40,794 bases of DNA from a virus. A model generated the notes under the pieces. The model ran no database searches. It saw nothing but the letters and a program-made list of their open reading frames with translations, and was not told the DNA's origin. Each line of letters begins with the position of its first letter. Position 1 is the first letter of the stretch. Position numbers and translations under genes: made by a program. Shown here one piece after another: positions 1 to 8,389 of this stretch. Location: the IMG/VR virus record IMGVR_UViG_3300018069_000018, positions 1-40,794 of that record. The stretch is one strand, 5' to 3'.

Positions 1-25
1 GGCTACGAGGAAGTACGCGAAGTGC

Positions 26-99
26 GCCGGTATAGCTCAGACTGGTAGAGCGATTCCTTCGTAAGGAATAGGCCAAGGGTTCAAATCCCTTTACCGGCT
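26..99 (+). tRNA. tRNA-Thr: tRNA-Thr (anticodon CGT), integration target, intact
   Basis: Cloverleaf: acceptor GCCGGTA/TACCGGC, D arm GCTC..GAGC, anticodon arm ATTCC-TT CGT AA-GGAAT, T arm AAGGG-TTCAAAT-CCCTT; no encoded CCA. Confidence 0.96.
81..99 (+). repeat. att core, left junction (19 bp)
   Basis: TCAAATCCCTTTACCGGCT is identical to 40696-40714 and runs from the tRNA T-loop to the discriminator base. Confidence 0.95.
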
Positions 100-243
100 T
101 CACGCAGATTGCTTACATGCCAACCCATCGCGGGCTGGCACCACGTCTTCTACTCCTCGTCAGCGGCAGCGTCAGCCCGCTGATGAATCCTATCACGCAA
201 TACACAATAGCGGCGGTGCCGCCACCAACCGAGGTGTCGCGGC

Positions 244-2781
244 GTGAGTGCGTCGGGCCTCACGCTCACCCGGCAGACGCCCGCCGCGCCCGCCGCCACG
301 CTCGTCCTCGACGAGGATTCAACCCCGACGCAGCTTGCCCGCGCGGTGACGACGAACCCCGGGCTGCAGGACGCACTCGTCGCGACCGTCCACGACGCCG
401 CTCGCGGGGAGACTGCGTTAGCGTTCCGCGACACCCTCCTCGGCGCCGGCATCACCCAGCATCAGGAGTTCCTCGCGGACGCCGTCGTCAGCGCTGTCCG
501 CGAGTACCCGCGTGTGGAGATGAAACAAGGGGGTGTACAGGCACTTCTCCGGACGCTCCACGGCCTCGCATCTGGTAGCCACGACGCCGAGGACACCCTC
601 GCAGTCCCACGACTCCTCGCGCTCGACGACACCACGACGCCGACGGTCGCCGTTCGTCTCACGGACGGCTTCCTCTCGAGTGTTCGCCGCAGCCAACGCG
701 AACCCATCTGCCAGTACCTCGCCGAACTCGCCCAGGGCGCCGACGTCCGCGTCGTCGCTTCCGGGCGCGTCCAGCTCAAGCTCTACCACGAGCATCGCGA
801 CGACCTGCCCGTTAGTCGCGACGACATCGCACCCCTCGCACAACCACCCACTACGGAGGACGTCGAGACCGCGGCCACCAGCCTCGACCCCGACGGCCGC
901 CCCGTCCAGATCCTTCGGCAACTCGTCGAGCAGCCCGCCGAGACCTTGTCGTACCACGAGTTGTACGCCGAGGCGTCAGTCTCGAAGAGCCGCGTCCGGC
1001 AAGCCATCGCCGACCTCACCGAGTACGACCTCGTTGCGACCTACACTACTGGCGGCGAGAAGCGTGTCGACCTCCTCAACGCAGGAACCCAGGTGCTGGA
1101 CATCCTCGACGCCGATGCCGGCCAGCAGACGACGCTCGATGACTGCGTTAGCGAAACCCGACAGTCTCCACCACAGGCCGTGTATTCCCGCACGGCCACG
1201 AGGGGGCCCGGGGACGCACGCGGGCCCTACCGCACCGCCTACCTCAACCGAGGACGGCACGCTGCCGCCGCCAGTGCCGCCCCAGACCGCGGCATCGGCG
1301 CGGTCACCCACCCTGTGGACGGTGAGGACAGCCACCTGCGCGGGGTGAGCGTCGACACCGACCGGCGGGAGGTCGTTGCGGAGTGGACGGCGAGTAGTGG
1401 GCTGCAGTACACGGTGTCTGGTGCGCTGGCGTTAGCGAGCCCGCACGTCATCCACGAAGTCCTCGACGATGGCGTCCTCGAGGAGCTGGACGACCCCGCG
1501 GAGATTCTTCGGGGTGCTCGCCAGATCGGCGCGCTCTCCGACGACGCCCTCGACGACGCCGCCGCACTCCGTGAGGCGTTCCTCGACTGGGGCGACGAGG
1601 TCGCAGAGATGACGTCCCGACATCACCGCGGCGAGTACGAGGACCGAGCGCAGCACCGCGGCCAGGTGATGCGGGCGGCCCACGGTCTCCTCGGGAGTCT
1701 CACGCACCTCCTGGATGCCCTCGACTACGAGCTCGTCCGCAGTGTTCGCGTCCCTCGTGGCCTCGACGACGAGCACGTCGAGGAGGTCGCCGACGCCGTG
1801 GCGCACTCCGTGCTCGTCGCGTCAGCCTATGGGGTTCATGCCGGCTACAGGCATCTCTACGAACCACGGGAGGACAAGCGGGAGTCCGCGTGGGGCGTCG
1901 ACGTCGACGCCACTGATCCCTACGGTCGGCTGCTCGGCCGGTTCGTGTTCGTTGGCCAGCGCAGTACGCGGTTCCTCGACGTCCTGGAGGCACGCCTCGA
2001 GGGCCGGGACGTCCACGAGGACGCGCCGGAGTTCGTCGTGCCGTTCCCGGTTCGCAGCGAGCCCACCCAGGGGGCGCTCCGCCAGGCGCTTCGTCGCGTG
2101 CTCCAGTCGAAGGCGCTCCGCGTGACCGACACGGCGGTTCGTCTCCTCGGTGTGTTTGCGGGGAGTCTGTTCGACGCTGTCGAGGCCGTCCACCGTGGGC
2201 TCGCCCCAGAGAACGAGCATCCCGGCCGCGAGATTCGCGTCGACGAAGCGAGGACCGCCCTCGCCACCCTCCCCGCGAGCCGACTCGTTCCCGAGGAGGC
2301 GCCGTCGGTGCAGTCCGCCCTCGGTGTGCTCCTCGCGACAGACCAGCCGCTCGCGAAGACTGAGGTGGCGGAGCGTGCCGGCGTGTCGACGCGGTCGCTC
2401 GGCCGACACCGCAACCGCCTCGAGGCGCTGGATGTCCTCGACGTCACTGACGAGGGGTGGCGGCTCGGCATCGCGTTCGACGACCCTGACGACCAGCGGC
2501 TCCCCGAGTGGGCGACCGGCACGGTGCGGCTGTCGGAGGTCGGCGGCGCGGTCGCGCTCCAGGAGCTCGACGACGAGGCGTACGTCGAGGCGTCGGTTGC
2601 GCTCGGCGCCGCGAGCGGCCCACCAGACTACGGGCCGCTACTCGAGTACGTCCCGCAGCTTCGGGGGTGGCTCGACGCACTCGCGCTGTTCGCGAGCAGC
2701 GAGCCGACCGAGACCACGGTCGAGGTGGGCCCGCAATTGGAGCAGACGCCCATCCGGGGAACGCGGGGTGGTTCGGCGTGA
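244..2781 (+). CDS. Large replication protein, haloarchaeal plasmid RepH-like, with two HTH regions
   Basis: 845 aa; wHTH-like segments (LSYHELYAEASVSKSRVRQAIADL; LAKTEVAERAGVSTRSLGRHRNRL); resembles RepH-type proteins from memory, not search-verified. Confidence 0.55.
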   Translation: MSASGLTLTRQTPAAPAATLVLDEDSTPTQLARAVTTNPGLQDALVATVHDAARGETALAFRDTLLGAGITQHQEFLADAVVSAVREYPRVEMKQGGVQALLRTLHGLASGSHDAEDTLAVPRLLALDDTTTPTVAVRLTDGFLSSVRRSQREPICQYLAELAQGADVRVVASGRVQLKLYHEHRDDLPVSRDDIAPLAQPPTTEDVETAATSLDPDGRPVQILRQLVEQPAETLSYHELYAEASVSKSRVRQAIADLTEYDLVATYTTGGEKRVDLLNAGTQVLDILDADAGQQTTLDDCVSETRQSPPQAVYSRTATRGPGDARGPYRTAYLNRGRHAAAASAAPDRGIGAVTHPVDGEDSHLRGVSVDTDRREVVAEWTASSGLQYTVSGALALASPHVIHEVLDDGVLEELDDPAEILRGARQIGALSDDALDDAAALREAFLDWGDEVAEMTSRHHRGEYEDRAQHRGQVMRAAHGLLGSLTHLLDALDYELVRSVRVPRGLDDEHVEEVADAVAHSVLVASAYGVHAGYRHLYEPREDKRESAWGVDVDATDPYGRLLGRFVFVGQRSTRFLDVLEARLEGRDVHEDAPEFVVPFPVRSEPTQGALRQALRRVLQSKALRVTDTAVRLLGVFAGSLFDAVEAVHRGLAPENEHPGREIRVDEARTALATLPASRLVPEEAPSVQSALGVLLATDQPLAKTEVAERAGVSTRSLGRHRNRLEALDVLDVTDEGWRLGIAFDDPDDQRLPEWATGTVRLSEVGGAVALQELDDEAYVEASVALGAASGPPDYGPLLEYVPQLRGWLDALALFASSEPTETTVEVGPQLEQTPIRGTRGGSA

Positions 2782-2996
2782 CCGACGACCTGCCGGCGGC
2801 GGTGATCGACCACGCCCCATCGCCGGCCCAGATCTACTGCCCGGACTGCGCGTACACGGTGGACATCGACGACGAGCACCAGGAGAACCTCGACGAGTCG
2901 CAGGTCGGGGACTGCGTGATCTGTGATGGCTGCGGCCGCGACATCGCCGAGCGCGACGAGGACGCGGGAACTCGCGCAAGTCGGGGTGGTCGATAG
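2778..2996 (+). CDS. Small zinc-ribbon protein (72 aa)
   Basis: GTGA overlap with the upstream stop; CPDC and CDGC pairs; acidic. Confidence 0.7.
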   Translation: MTDDLPAAVIDHAPSPAQIYCPDCAYTVDIDDEHQENLDESQVGDCVICDGCGRDIAERDEDAGTRASRGGR

Positions 2997-3117
2997 TGGC
3001 GACGTACCGCTGCGACAGCTGTGGTGGCGAGTCCGAGGACTGCTATCGGTGTTCGGAGTGCGGCGCGGACCTCGCGAAGCAGTCGGAGACGACGGCAATT
3101 CGGTGACCAATCCATGA
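2986..3117 (+). CDS. Possible 43-aa hypothetical protein
   Basis: GTG start overlapping the previous stop, stop overlapping the next ATG; fills the gap in a coupled operon. Confidence 0.35.
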   Translation: MVDSGDVPLRQLWWRVRGLLSVFGVRRGPREAVGDDGNSVTNP

Positions 3118-4031
3118 GTGACAACAACAGCAACGAGAACGGCAGCGAGGAGGACCGCCCCGAGGAGGTTGATGCGTTCGTCGACGCGTTCGCCGACTAC
3201 TGCAAACAAGCCGACGACAGCGTGGAAGCGTGCGAGACAGTGAACGCGTACCTCTTCGACGTGTACGCAGCCAGCCGCCTCACCAACCACCCCGAACCGG
3301 ACGCACCCGGTGGCCTCGAGGAGCTGGCCGAGCTCCCGATTGGGTTCGACGACGTCCTCACGCCAGACACTATTGGTCGGTACTTCGACCTGGTAGTCGC
3401 ACGCCTCCACAACAGATCGGCAACCGGCTCGTTCTACACTCCCGGCCCCATCGTCGAGTTCATCGACCAGGAGACAATCCGGCCACGGGTTCGGGATATC
3501 CTCGAAGAGGACGTCGGCGTCGACGACCTCCCGGACGACAACCACGACATCCCCGTCGAGGAGCTCGCCGCCGCGTGTACTCCCGAGCAGGCGAGGGCGG
3601 CGCTCGACGAGCTGGCGTCGTTCTCAATTTGTGACCCGGCGTGTGGCAGCGGCCAGTTCCTCGTCCAGGCCGTCGACGACGTCGCCGAGATCCGGCAGGC
3701 GTTCGCGGACCGGATTGACGCGGACGTTCACCACGCGGCGCACGTGTGGGCGGCCACCCACACCGTCTACGGGGTCGACATCGTTTCCGAAACGGTCCGC
3801 ATGGCGCGGCTGCGAGTGAAACTCCGCGTCGTCGACGCACTCCCAGCCGGCGCCCCCGAGGAAGTTCTTGAGGAGGATCTTCCGCGGATTCGCGAGGGGC
3901 GGCATCTGGAGCACCAGCTCAAGCACGGGAACAGCCTCATCGGCATTACTGATATGGAGAGACTCGAGGACGCACTGAGCGAGGACGAACCGAGTGGCCA
4001 GACGACGCTCGCCGGAGGTGACTGGGCATGA
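3114..4031 (+). CDS. N6-adenine DNA methyltransferase-like protein, SAM-binding half only (305 aa)
   Basis: GSFYTP (motif X), ICDPACGSGQFL (motif I), YGVDI (II), HGNSL (III); ends without an NPPY/DPPY motif IV. Confidence 0.8.
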   Translation: MSDNNSNENGSEEDRPEEVDAFVDAFADYCKQADDSVEACETVNAYLFDVYAASRLTNHPEPDAPGGLEELAELPIGFDDVLTPDTIGRYFDLVVARLHNRSATGSFYTPGPIVEFIDQETIRPRVRDILEEDVGVDDLPDDNHDIPVEELAAACTPEQARAALDELASFSICDPACGSGQFLVQAVDDVAEIRQAFADRIDADVHHAAHVWAATHTVYGVDIVSETVRMARLRVKLRVVDALPAGAPEEVLEEDLPRIREGRHLEHQLKHGNSLIGITDMERLEDALSEDEPSGQTTLAGGDWA

Positions 4032-4921
4032 GCACCCCCGAGTTCACTCGGGAGGACGACGGCGAAACGCGCGCGCTCAACAAGGGCGCGTCTGCGCTCC
4101 AGGAGTTCCTCGACGTCTTCGGCGAGGGCGGCATCACCGAGCAGGACCGCGCGCACATGCAGAAGCTCGTGGACCGCGGCGGCCACGAAAACAAGGTCTC
4201 CCGGCGGCTGTGCGCGGAGATTCGACGGAAGCGCCACTGCGGGCAGTCCTCCCCGGACGTCGCCGAGGAGATCCCCTTCGAGATTTCGACGTCCTCGGTC
4301 GTGTACCATGCTGGCGGGCGCTGCCAGCACTACACGGACATCCCTGCAGTCACCGGAAACGGCCGCGTCACCCAAATCCTGTGTGGCGTGATGCGGCAGG
4401 CCCGCTGGCAGGGACTGCCCCCGAAGGCGATTGCGTGGGCGGTCCCCTGCGAGATCGACCGCGGAAGCGTGAGCTACCACACGATTGGGGACTGCACGCA
4501 CGAGACCGACGTCCCGCCATTCTCCCGGCGGACTGTCTCGGCGGGTGACTGCCGGGACTGGCGAGCGCGCGTCGGCGACGAGACGATGGGAGAGATCGCC
4601 CGGCGGACGCCGTGGACGTACACGACGGTCGCGTCCCACGTTGAGGGACACTGCAACCACGACCACGACACCAACGAGGAATCGGATACGGCGTCAGCCG
4701 GTGTCGGTCGTGAGCAGTGTCGGGCGTGGCGGCGCATCGTCCGAGAGCAGCTCCGCGACCCGGAGGGGGTTGCGGAGGATGGCGGCTTCGAGGAGGAGCT
4801 GGTGCGGCGGCACGTCACTGGGGCGTGCGAGCACGGGTTCGACATCATCGAGGAGATGCCGCTCCGGTACAACGGCGCCGAGTGGATCCCACTGGAGGAC
4901 CTGCTGGGGGTGGACGGCTGA
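4028..4921 (+). CDS. Protein with four tandem C..H-x3-C-x-H / HTH-like repeats
   Basis: Four ~45-aa units, each starting with C and ending YH/RH/SH-x-x-G-x-C-x-H. Confidence 0.75.
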   Translation: MSTPEFTREDDGETRALNKGASALQEFLDVFGEGGITEQDRAHMQKLVDRGGHENKVSRRLCAEIRRKRHCGQSSPDVAEEIPFEISTSSVVYHAGGRCQHYTDIPAVTGNGRVTQILCGVMRQARWQGLPPKAIAWAVPCEIDRGSVSYHTIGDCTHETDVPPFSRRTVSAGDCRDWRARVGDETMGEIARRTPWTYTTVASHVEGHCNHDHDTNEESDTASAGVGREQCRAWRRIVREQLRDPEGVAEDGGFEEELVRRHVTGACEHGFDIIEEMPLRYNGAEWIPLEDLLGVDG

Positions 4922-5241
4922 TGTCTGGCCTAGCAAGTAACAGCACAAACTGGGATACGCACTGTAGTCGGTGTGGCGACGAGTACCCCGTCGACCGCGA
5001 GAACGCGCTCTGTGAGTCCTGCGTGAAGGAAATCCAGGCGTCGAAGCTGATGGACGGCGTGCCGTGCGAGCGGTGCGACGGTGAGGGCTGGGTCTACGGG
5101 ACGTGGTGCGGCCTTGAGCGCGCGATGAACGGTCGCGACACCCGCTGTCCGGAGTGCCACGGCACCGGTCGCGTCGCGTGGGAGCCAGACCCCAGCGACG
5201 TCCACCCCGACCTTCGAGCGGAGGTGAAGGCTCGTGTCTGA
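4921..5241 (+). CDS. Zinc-finger protein with DnaJ-like CxxCxGxG motifs (106 aa)
   Basis: ATG overlapping the upstream stop; CSRC, CESC, CERCDGEG, CPECHGTG. Confidence 0.75.
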   Translation: MSGLASNSTNWDTHCSRCGDEYPVDRENALCESCVKEIQASKLMDGVPCERCDGEGWVYGTWCGLERAMNGRDTRCPECHGTGRVAWEPDPSDVHPDLRAEVKARV

Positions 5242-6175
5242 GGAGTCCGGCCGTGGAGGTACTCACGACCCGCACGTTCCGACGCCGATAGAGCGCGAGC
5301 GTCCCGACGGGTCGCTACGCGTCGTCGAGGACGCCGGGCTCCGGTCGCGGGAACCGTCCCAGCTCGTCGTCGACGCCGGCGACCGCGACCTCTACGCGCT
5401 TCTGTCGGACGTGCTCGCCGACGTCCACGTTCCCGACGTGTTTCCGGCGGCGCTGGCGACGGCGGCCGACGACACCGCCGACGCCCTCGACCGCGTTACG
5501 AGCATCGACCGCGGGTTCATCGACCCGCCACTCCCCGGCGCGAGCTACGCGATGAGCTACGCGCACAACGCGGCCGCCGCGCTTCGGGAGTACCGCGACC
5601 GCGACCCGCTCCGGCTCGCGCTGATGGGGTGTTCCGGGAGCAAGCACGACGTCGACGAGCCGGTGCCGGCGCGCGACCTGTACGCTCGCGGCTACTGGAC
5701 GGTGAAAGAACGCTACGGGTCGGTCGTCGGCGACGACTGGCGCATCCTCTCGGCCGAGCACGCTGTCCTCCACCCCGACGAGGAGATCGACTACTACGAG
5801 CGCGTGCCCAAGGACCTCCGCGGCATCCCGGTCGACTCCGACCAGCGCCTCCCATCTGGCCAGCCCGTTGAGGACCGTCTCGACCACTGGGCGCTGTCCG
5901 TCTACAACGGCCTCACGCGCTGGCTGCACGAGGCTGTCGACGGCGTAGACCCGCGGAACGTTGAGCTTGAGGTCTGCGTCGGCAAGCGGTACCGCGAGAA
6001 GCTCGAAGCTCGCGGCGTCTTCGACCGCCTTGACGCGCCGGCTGGCCTTTCGGTGTCGTTCCCGTTCCAGGAGGAGCCGGCGGCCGCGGGCGGAATGGGG
6101 CCGCAGATGGAGTGGATGAACGGCGTCGTCGACGAGGTCGCCGCGACCGACGGAGGTGAGGCCAGTGGCGAGTGA
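5234..6175 (+). CDS. DUF6884-like domain protein
   Basis: GCSGSK..VPARDLY...WRILSAEHAVLHPDEEIDYYE matches the DUF6884 signature as recalled; acidic, coupled in the operon. Confidence 0.65.
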   Translation: MSEESGRGGTHDPHVPTPIERERPDGSLRVVEDAGLRSREPSQLVVDAGDRDLYALLSDVLADVHVPDVFPAALATAADDTADALDRVTSIDRGFIDPPLPGASYAMSYAHNAAAALREYRDRDPLRLALMGCSGSKHDVDEPVPARDLYARGYWTVKERYGSVVGDDWRILSAEHAVLHPDEEIDYYERVPKDLRGIPVDSDQRLPSGQPVEDRLDHWALSVYNGLTRWLHEAVDGVDPRNVELEVCVGKRYREKLEARGVFDRLDAPAGLSVSFPFQEEPAAAGGMGPQMEWMNGVVDEVAATDGGEASGE

Positions 6176-6176
6176 G
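6151..6176 (+). repeat. 26-bp direct repeat, copy 1
   Basis: CGGAGGTGAGGCCAGTGGCGAGTGAG, identical to 39403-39428. Confidence 0.9.
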
Positions 6177-6521
6177 GACTTCGACCGCGGAGATGGTCGC
6201 GAGGAATCGGACTGGGGAGAGTGCATGAGCAACAGCCCGAACCTCGGACCGCTCGAATCCCTGCGAGTCGCGTGGCGTCGCCTTCGCGCTGACCCGTCGA
6301 GAGAATGCGACCAGAACTGGCATCGCTGCACTCGACACTCCCTGCCCGCGGTCTGCCTCGGCGCCGGCCTCGCTCATCCCCGGTATCGGTGCCCGCGGTG
6401 CTGCCGGCTCGACCCCCAGTTCGGGAGCGACGGGATGACGGTGTACGGCGGGCGGGCGGCGTTCCACGGTCGCGACGACTACCTCGTGGGCCACGAGGCC
6501 GCGGAGGGCATCCAGCTATGA
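6165..6521 (+). CDS. Cys/His-rich hypothetical protein (alternative start ATG 6225)
   Basis: GGAGGTG RBS before the GTG; CDQNWHRC and CPRC motifs; stop overlaps the next ATG. Confidence 0.55.
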   Translation: MASEDFDRGDGREESDWGECMSNSPNLGPLESLRVAWRRLRADPSRECDQNWHRCTRHSLPAVCLGAGLAHPRYRCPRCCRLDPQFGSDGMTVYGGRAAFHGRDDYLVGHEAAEGIQL

Positions 6522-6817
6522 CCCCGAAGTACTCCACCGACAGCGACGACGACAGCACGCAGTGGGACTCGGACACGCACCACGTGCTCGCCGAGTGGAC
6601 GAGCCAGCCGTTCATAGGGGTCGGGCATCGTCGCGAGACGGTCGAGCATCGCGTGGCCATCGAGTACACGCACGAGGTCGGCGTCGACGTCCGCCATGAG
6701 GTCCGCTCGGAGGACACCGAGAAGTTCGCTGGGGAGTGGGAGGCGGTCGAGACTGTGGAGGTCAGGGAGTACGGTGCGCGCTACAACCGGAGTCCGTCAG
6801 CGAGGTACCTCCGATGA
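6518..6817 (+). CDS. Hypothetical protein (99 aa)
   Basis: ATGA-type overlaps at both ends; acidic composition. Confidence 0.7.
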   Translation: MTPKYSTDSDDDSTQWDSDTHHVLAEWTSQPFIGVGHRRETVEHRVAIEYTHEVGVDVRHEVRSEDTEKFAGEWEAVETVEVREYGARYNRSPSARYLR

Positions 6818-7095
6818 GCGAGAGCATCAACACGCGCGGTGTCCCGGATTCGCTGGAGTTCCAGCCGGGTGAGGGCGGGTTCGGGAACAAGGTCTACGAG
6901 TGCACCGTCTGCGAGGCGACCATCTCGGGTACCGAGAACGCGCGCAAGCACACGGGCTGCCCAGTCCCCGGCACGTGTCCTGCCTGTGACTCCTCACGCG
7001 GCCACGTCGATGTCGGGACGGACGGCGGGCGGGTGGATGTCTGCCAGGAGTGCGGGACGCCGTATCGGGAACACATCGACGGAGGGGTGGTCTGA
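6814..7095 (+). CDS. Zinc-finger protein (93 aa)
   Basis: CTVC, CPAC, CQECG motifs; translational coupling. Confidence 0.7.
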   Translation: MSESINTRGVPDSLEFQPGEGGFGNKVYECTVCEATISGTENARKHTGCPVPGTCPACDSSRGHVDVGTDGGRVDVCQECGTPYREHIDGGVV

Positions 7096-7097
7096 GC

Positions 7098-7322
7098 GTG
7101 GAGGTGCCTGAGGAGATCGCGGACGAGCCACCGTCGGTGAAGCTCGTCTACCTAATCCTTGAGGATGAGAAGGGAACGATGAGTCAGCAGGAGGTTGCGG
7201 ACCGCGTCGAGATGGATGTCCGACAGACGCGCGCAGCGCTCGCGACGCTCAACCAGTACGAGGTTGTTGAGGAGCGACCGAACCTACGGGACTTGCGGGA
7301 GAAGCACTACGAAATCGGGTAG
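7098..7322 (+). CDS. MarR-like winged-helix regulator (74 aa)
   Basis: PPSVKLVYLILEDEKGTMSQQEVADRVEMDVRQTRAALATL resembles small haloarchaeal wHTH proteins. Confidence 0.7.
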   Translation: MEVPEEIADEPPSVKLVYLILEDEKGTMSQQEVADRVEMDVRQTRAALATLNQYEVVEERPNLRDLREKHYEIG

Positions 7323-7348
7323 TTTGTGGTCTACTGAGAGTTGTGCAT

Positions 7349-8389
7349 TCAGATTTTTGGGAGGGCTAAGTACATCTCATTACCATTCAGCTGTTGTTGC
7401 GCTTGCGATTCGCCGGCGGCCGTGATCACGTCCCCGTCTCTTTCGATTCGCTCCCATTCATACCACGCCCCACCTTCTTCGAGGTCTGCGTGCACCCACT
7501 CCGCCAGATTCTCGCTGTCAAATTTCCAAGCTCCGTATTGGATTTCCTCCTCAAGGTCAACCGATGTGGCGCCAATAGTTGGTTGGTACTGGGGGTCAAG
7601 TTGTTGAACAAGATCGGCGTTGTCTGAATTATACTCCCAGAGACTGATCGCGTCCTGGATGTCGAGGGCCGCGAGGGCGGCCTCCATGTCGTTGGTTAAT
7701 CCGGACTCCGAACCTGCTCGGGCCTCGAGAATCGTCTCGACGTCTTGGTGGTGCAGGTCGTTTGACGCGGACCTTGCAGAGTTAGAGTAATTCACGCCGA
7801 TTACGACACGATCGGAGCTGACGGCGTAGACTGCGTCCTCGGAGGGGTTCCGATAGATAGCGTAGTCACGGTCGTCTTCGGTAGGTCCTTCGGGGGATTC
7901 GCTTTCGAAGCCTGCTTCCGTGAGTGCTGACGCGACATCGTCGCCAGATACTGTCGCGGGTAGCTGGTCGACTTTCACAGCCGATACTTCTGGTTCGGTA
8001 GTGTATTGGATGACTGTCCGGGGGACACTCCGGGGTGCATAATTAAGCGGTTCGTACGCGACTGCTCCATATTCGTTTTCAGTTACGGTTTCGTTGAGCT
8101 GGTTGTAGACCTTTGGTGGGTGGAATGCGGATACGAAGAGCGCGACATCGTCGTCGGTTTCCTGCAGCCAGAGTGCAGTGAATTCTTGCAGTGGGATTTC
8201 TTGGATGTCGCGGGCTTCTTCGGTTGTTGGTTCGGGAGTGGTTGGCTCTGGGGTGGGTGTCTCGCCGCTACCGCCGCCTTCGTTGTTGTCGCCGCCGGTG
8301 CAGCCGGCGAGGCCCGCGATGGTGGTGGCGCCGAGTGTTTTCAGGAGGGTGCGCCGATTGAATCCCTCGGTGGACGTGTTTTTTCGCAT
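7349..8389 (-). CDS. Tat-exported lipoprotein (346 aa), antisense cargo gene
   Basis: MRKNTSTEGFNRRTLLKTLGATTIAGLAGC: twin-Arg motif plus LAGC lipobox; Pro/Thr linker; visibly more AT-rich than neighbours. Confidence 0.85.
   Translation of the reverse strand: MRKNTSTEGFNRRTLLKTLGATTIAGLAGCTGGDNNEGGGSGETPTPEPTTPEPTTEEARDIQEIPLQEFTALWLQETDDDVALFVSAFHPPKVYNQLNETVTENEYGAVAYEPLNYAPRSVPRTVIQYTTEPEVSAVKVDQLPATVSGDDVASALTEAGFESESPEGPTEDDRDYAIYRNPSEDAVYAVSSDRVVIGVNYSNSARSASNDLHHQDVETILEARAGSESGLTNDMEAALAALDIQDAISLWEYNSDNADLVQQLDPQYQPTIGATSVDLEEEIQYGAWKFDSENLAEWVHADLEEGGAWYEWERIERDGDVITAAGESQAQQQLNGNEMYLALPKI

Noticed and set aside
117-578. 153-aa ORF after the tRNA
   Set aside because: Arg/Pro-rich off-frame overlap with the Rep-like gene.
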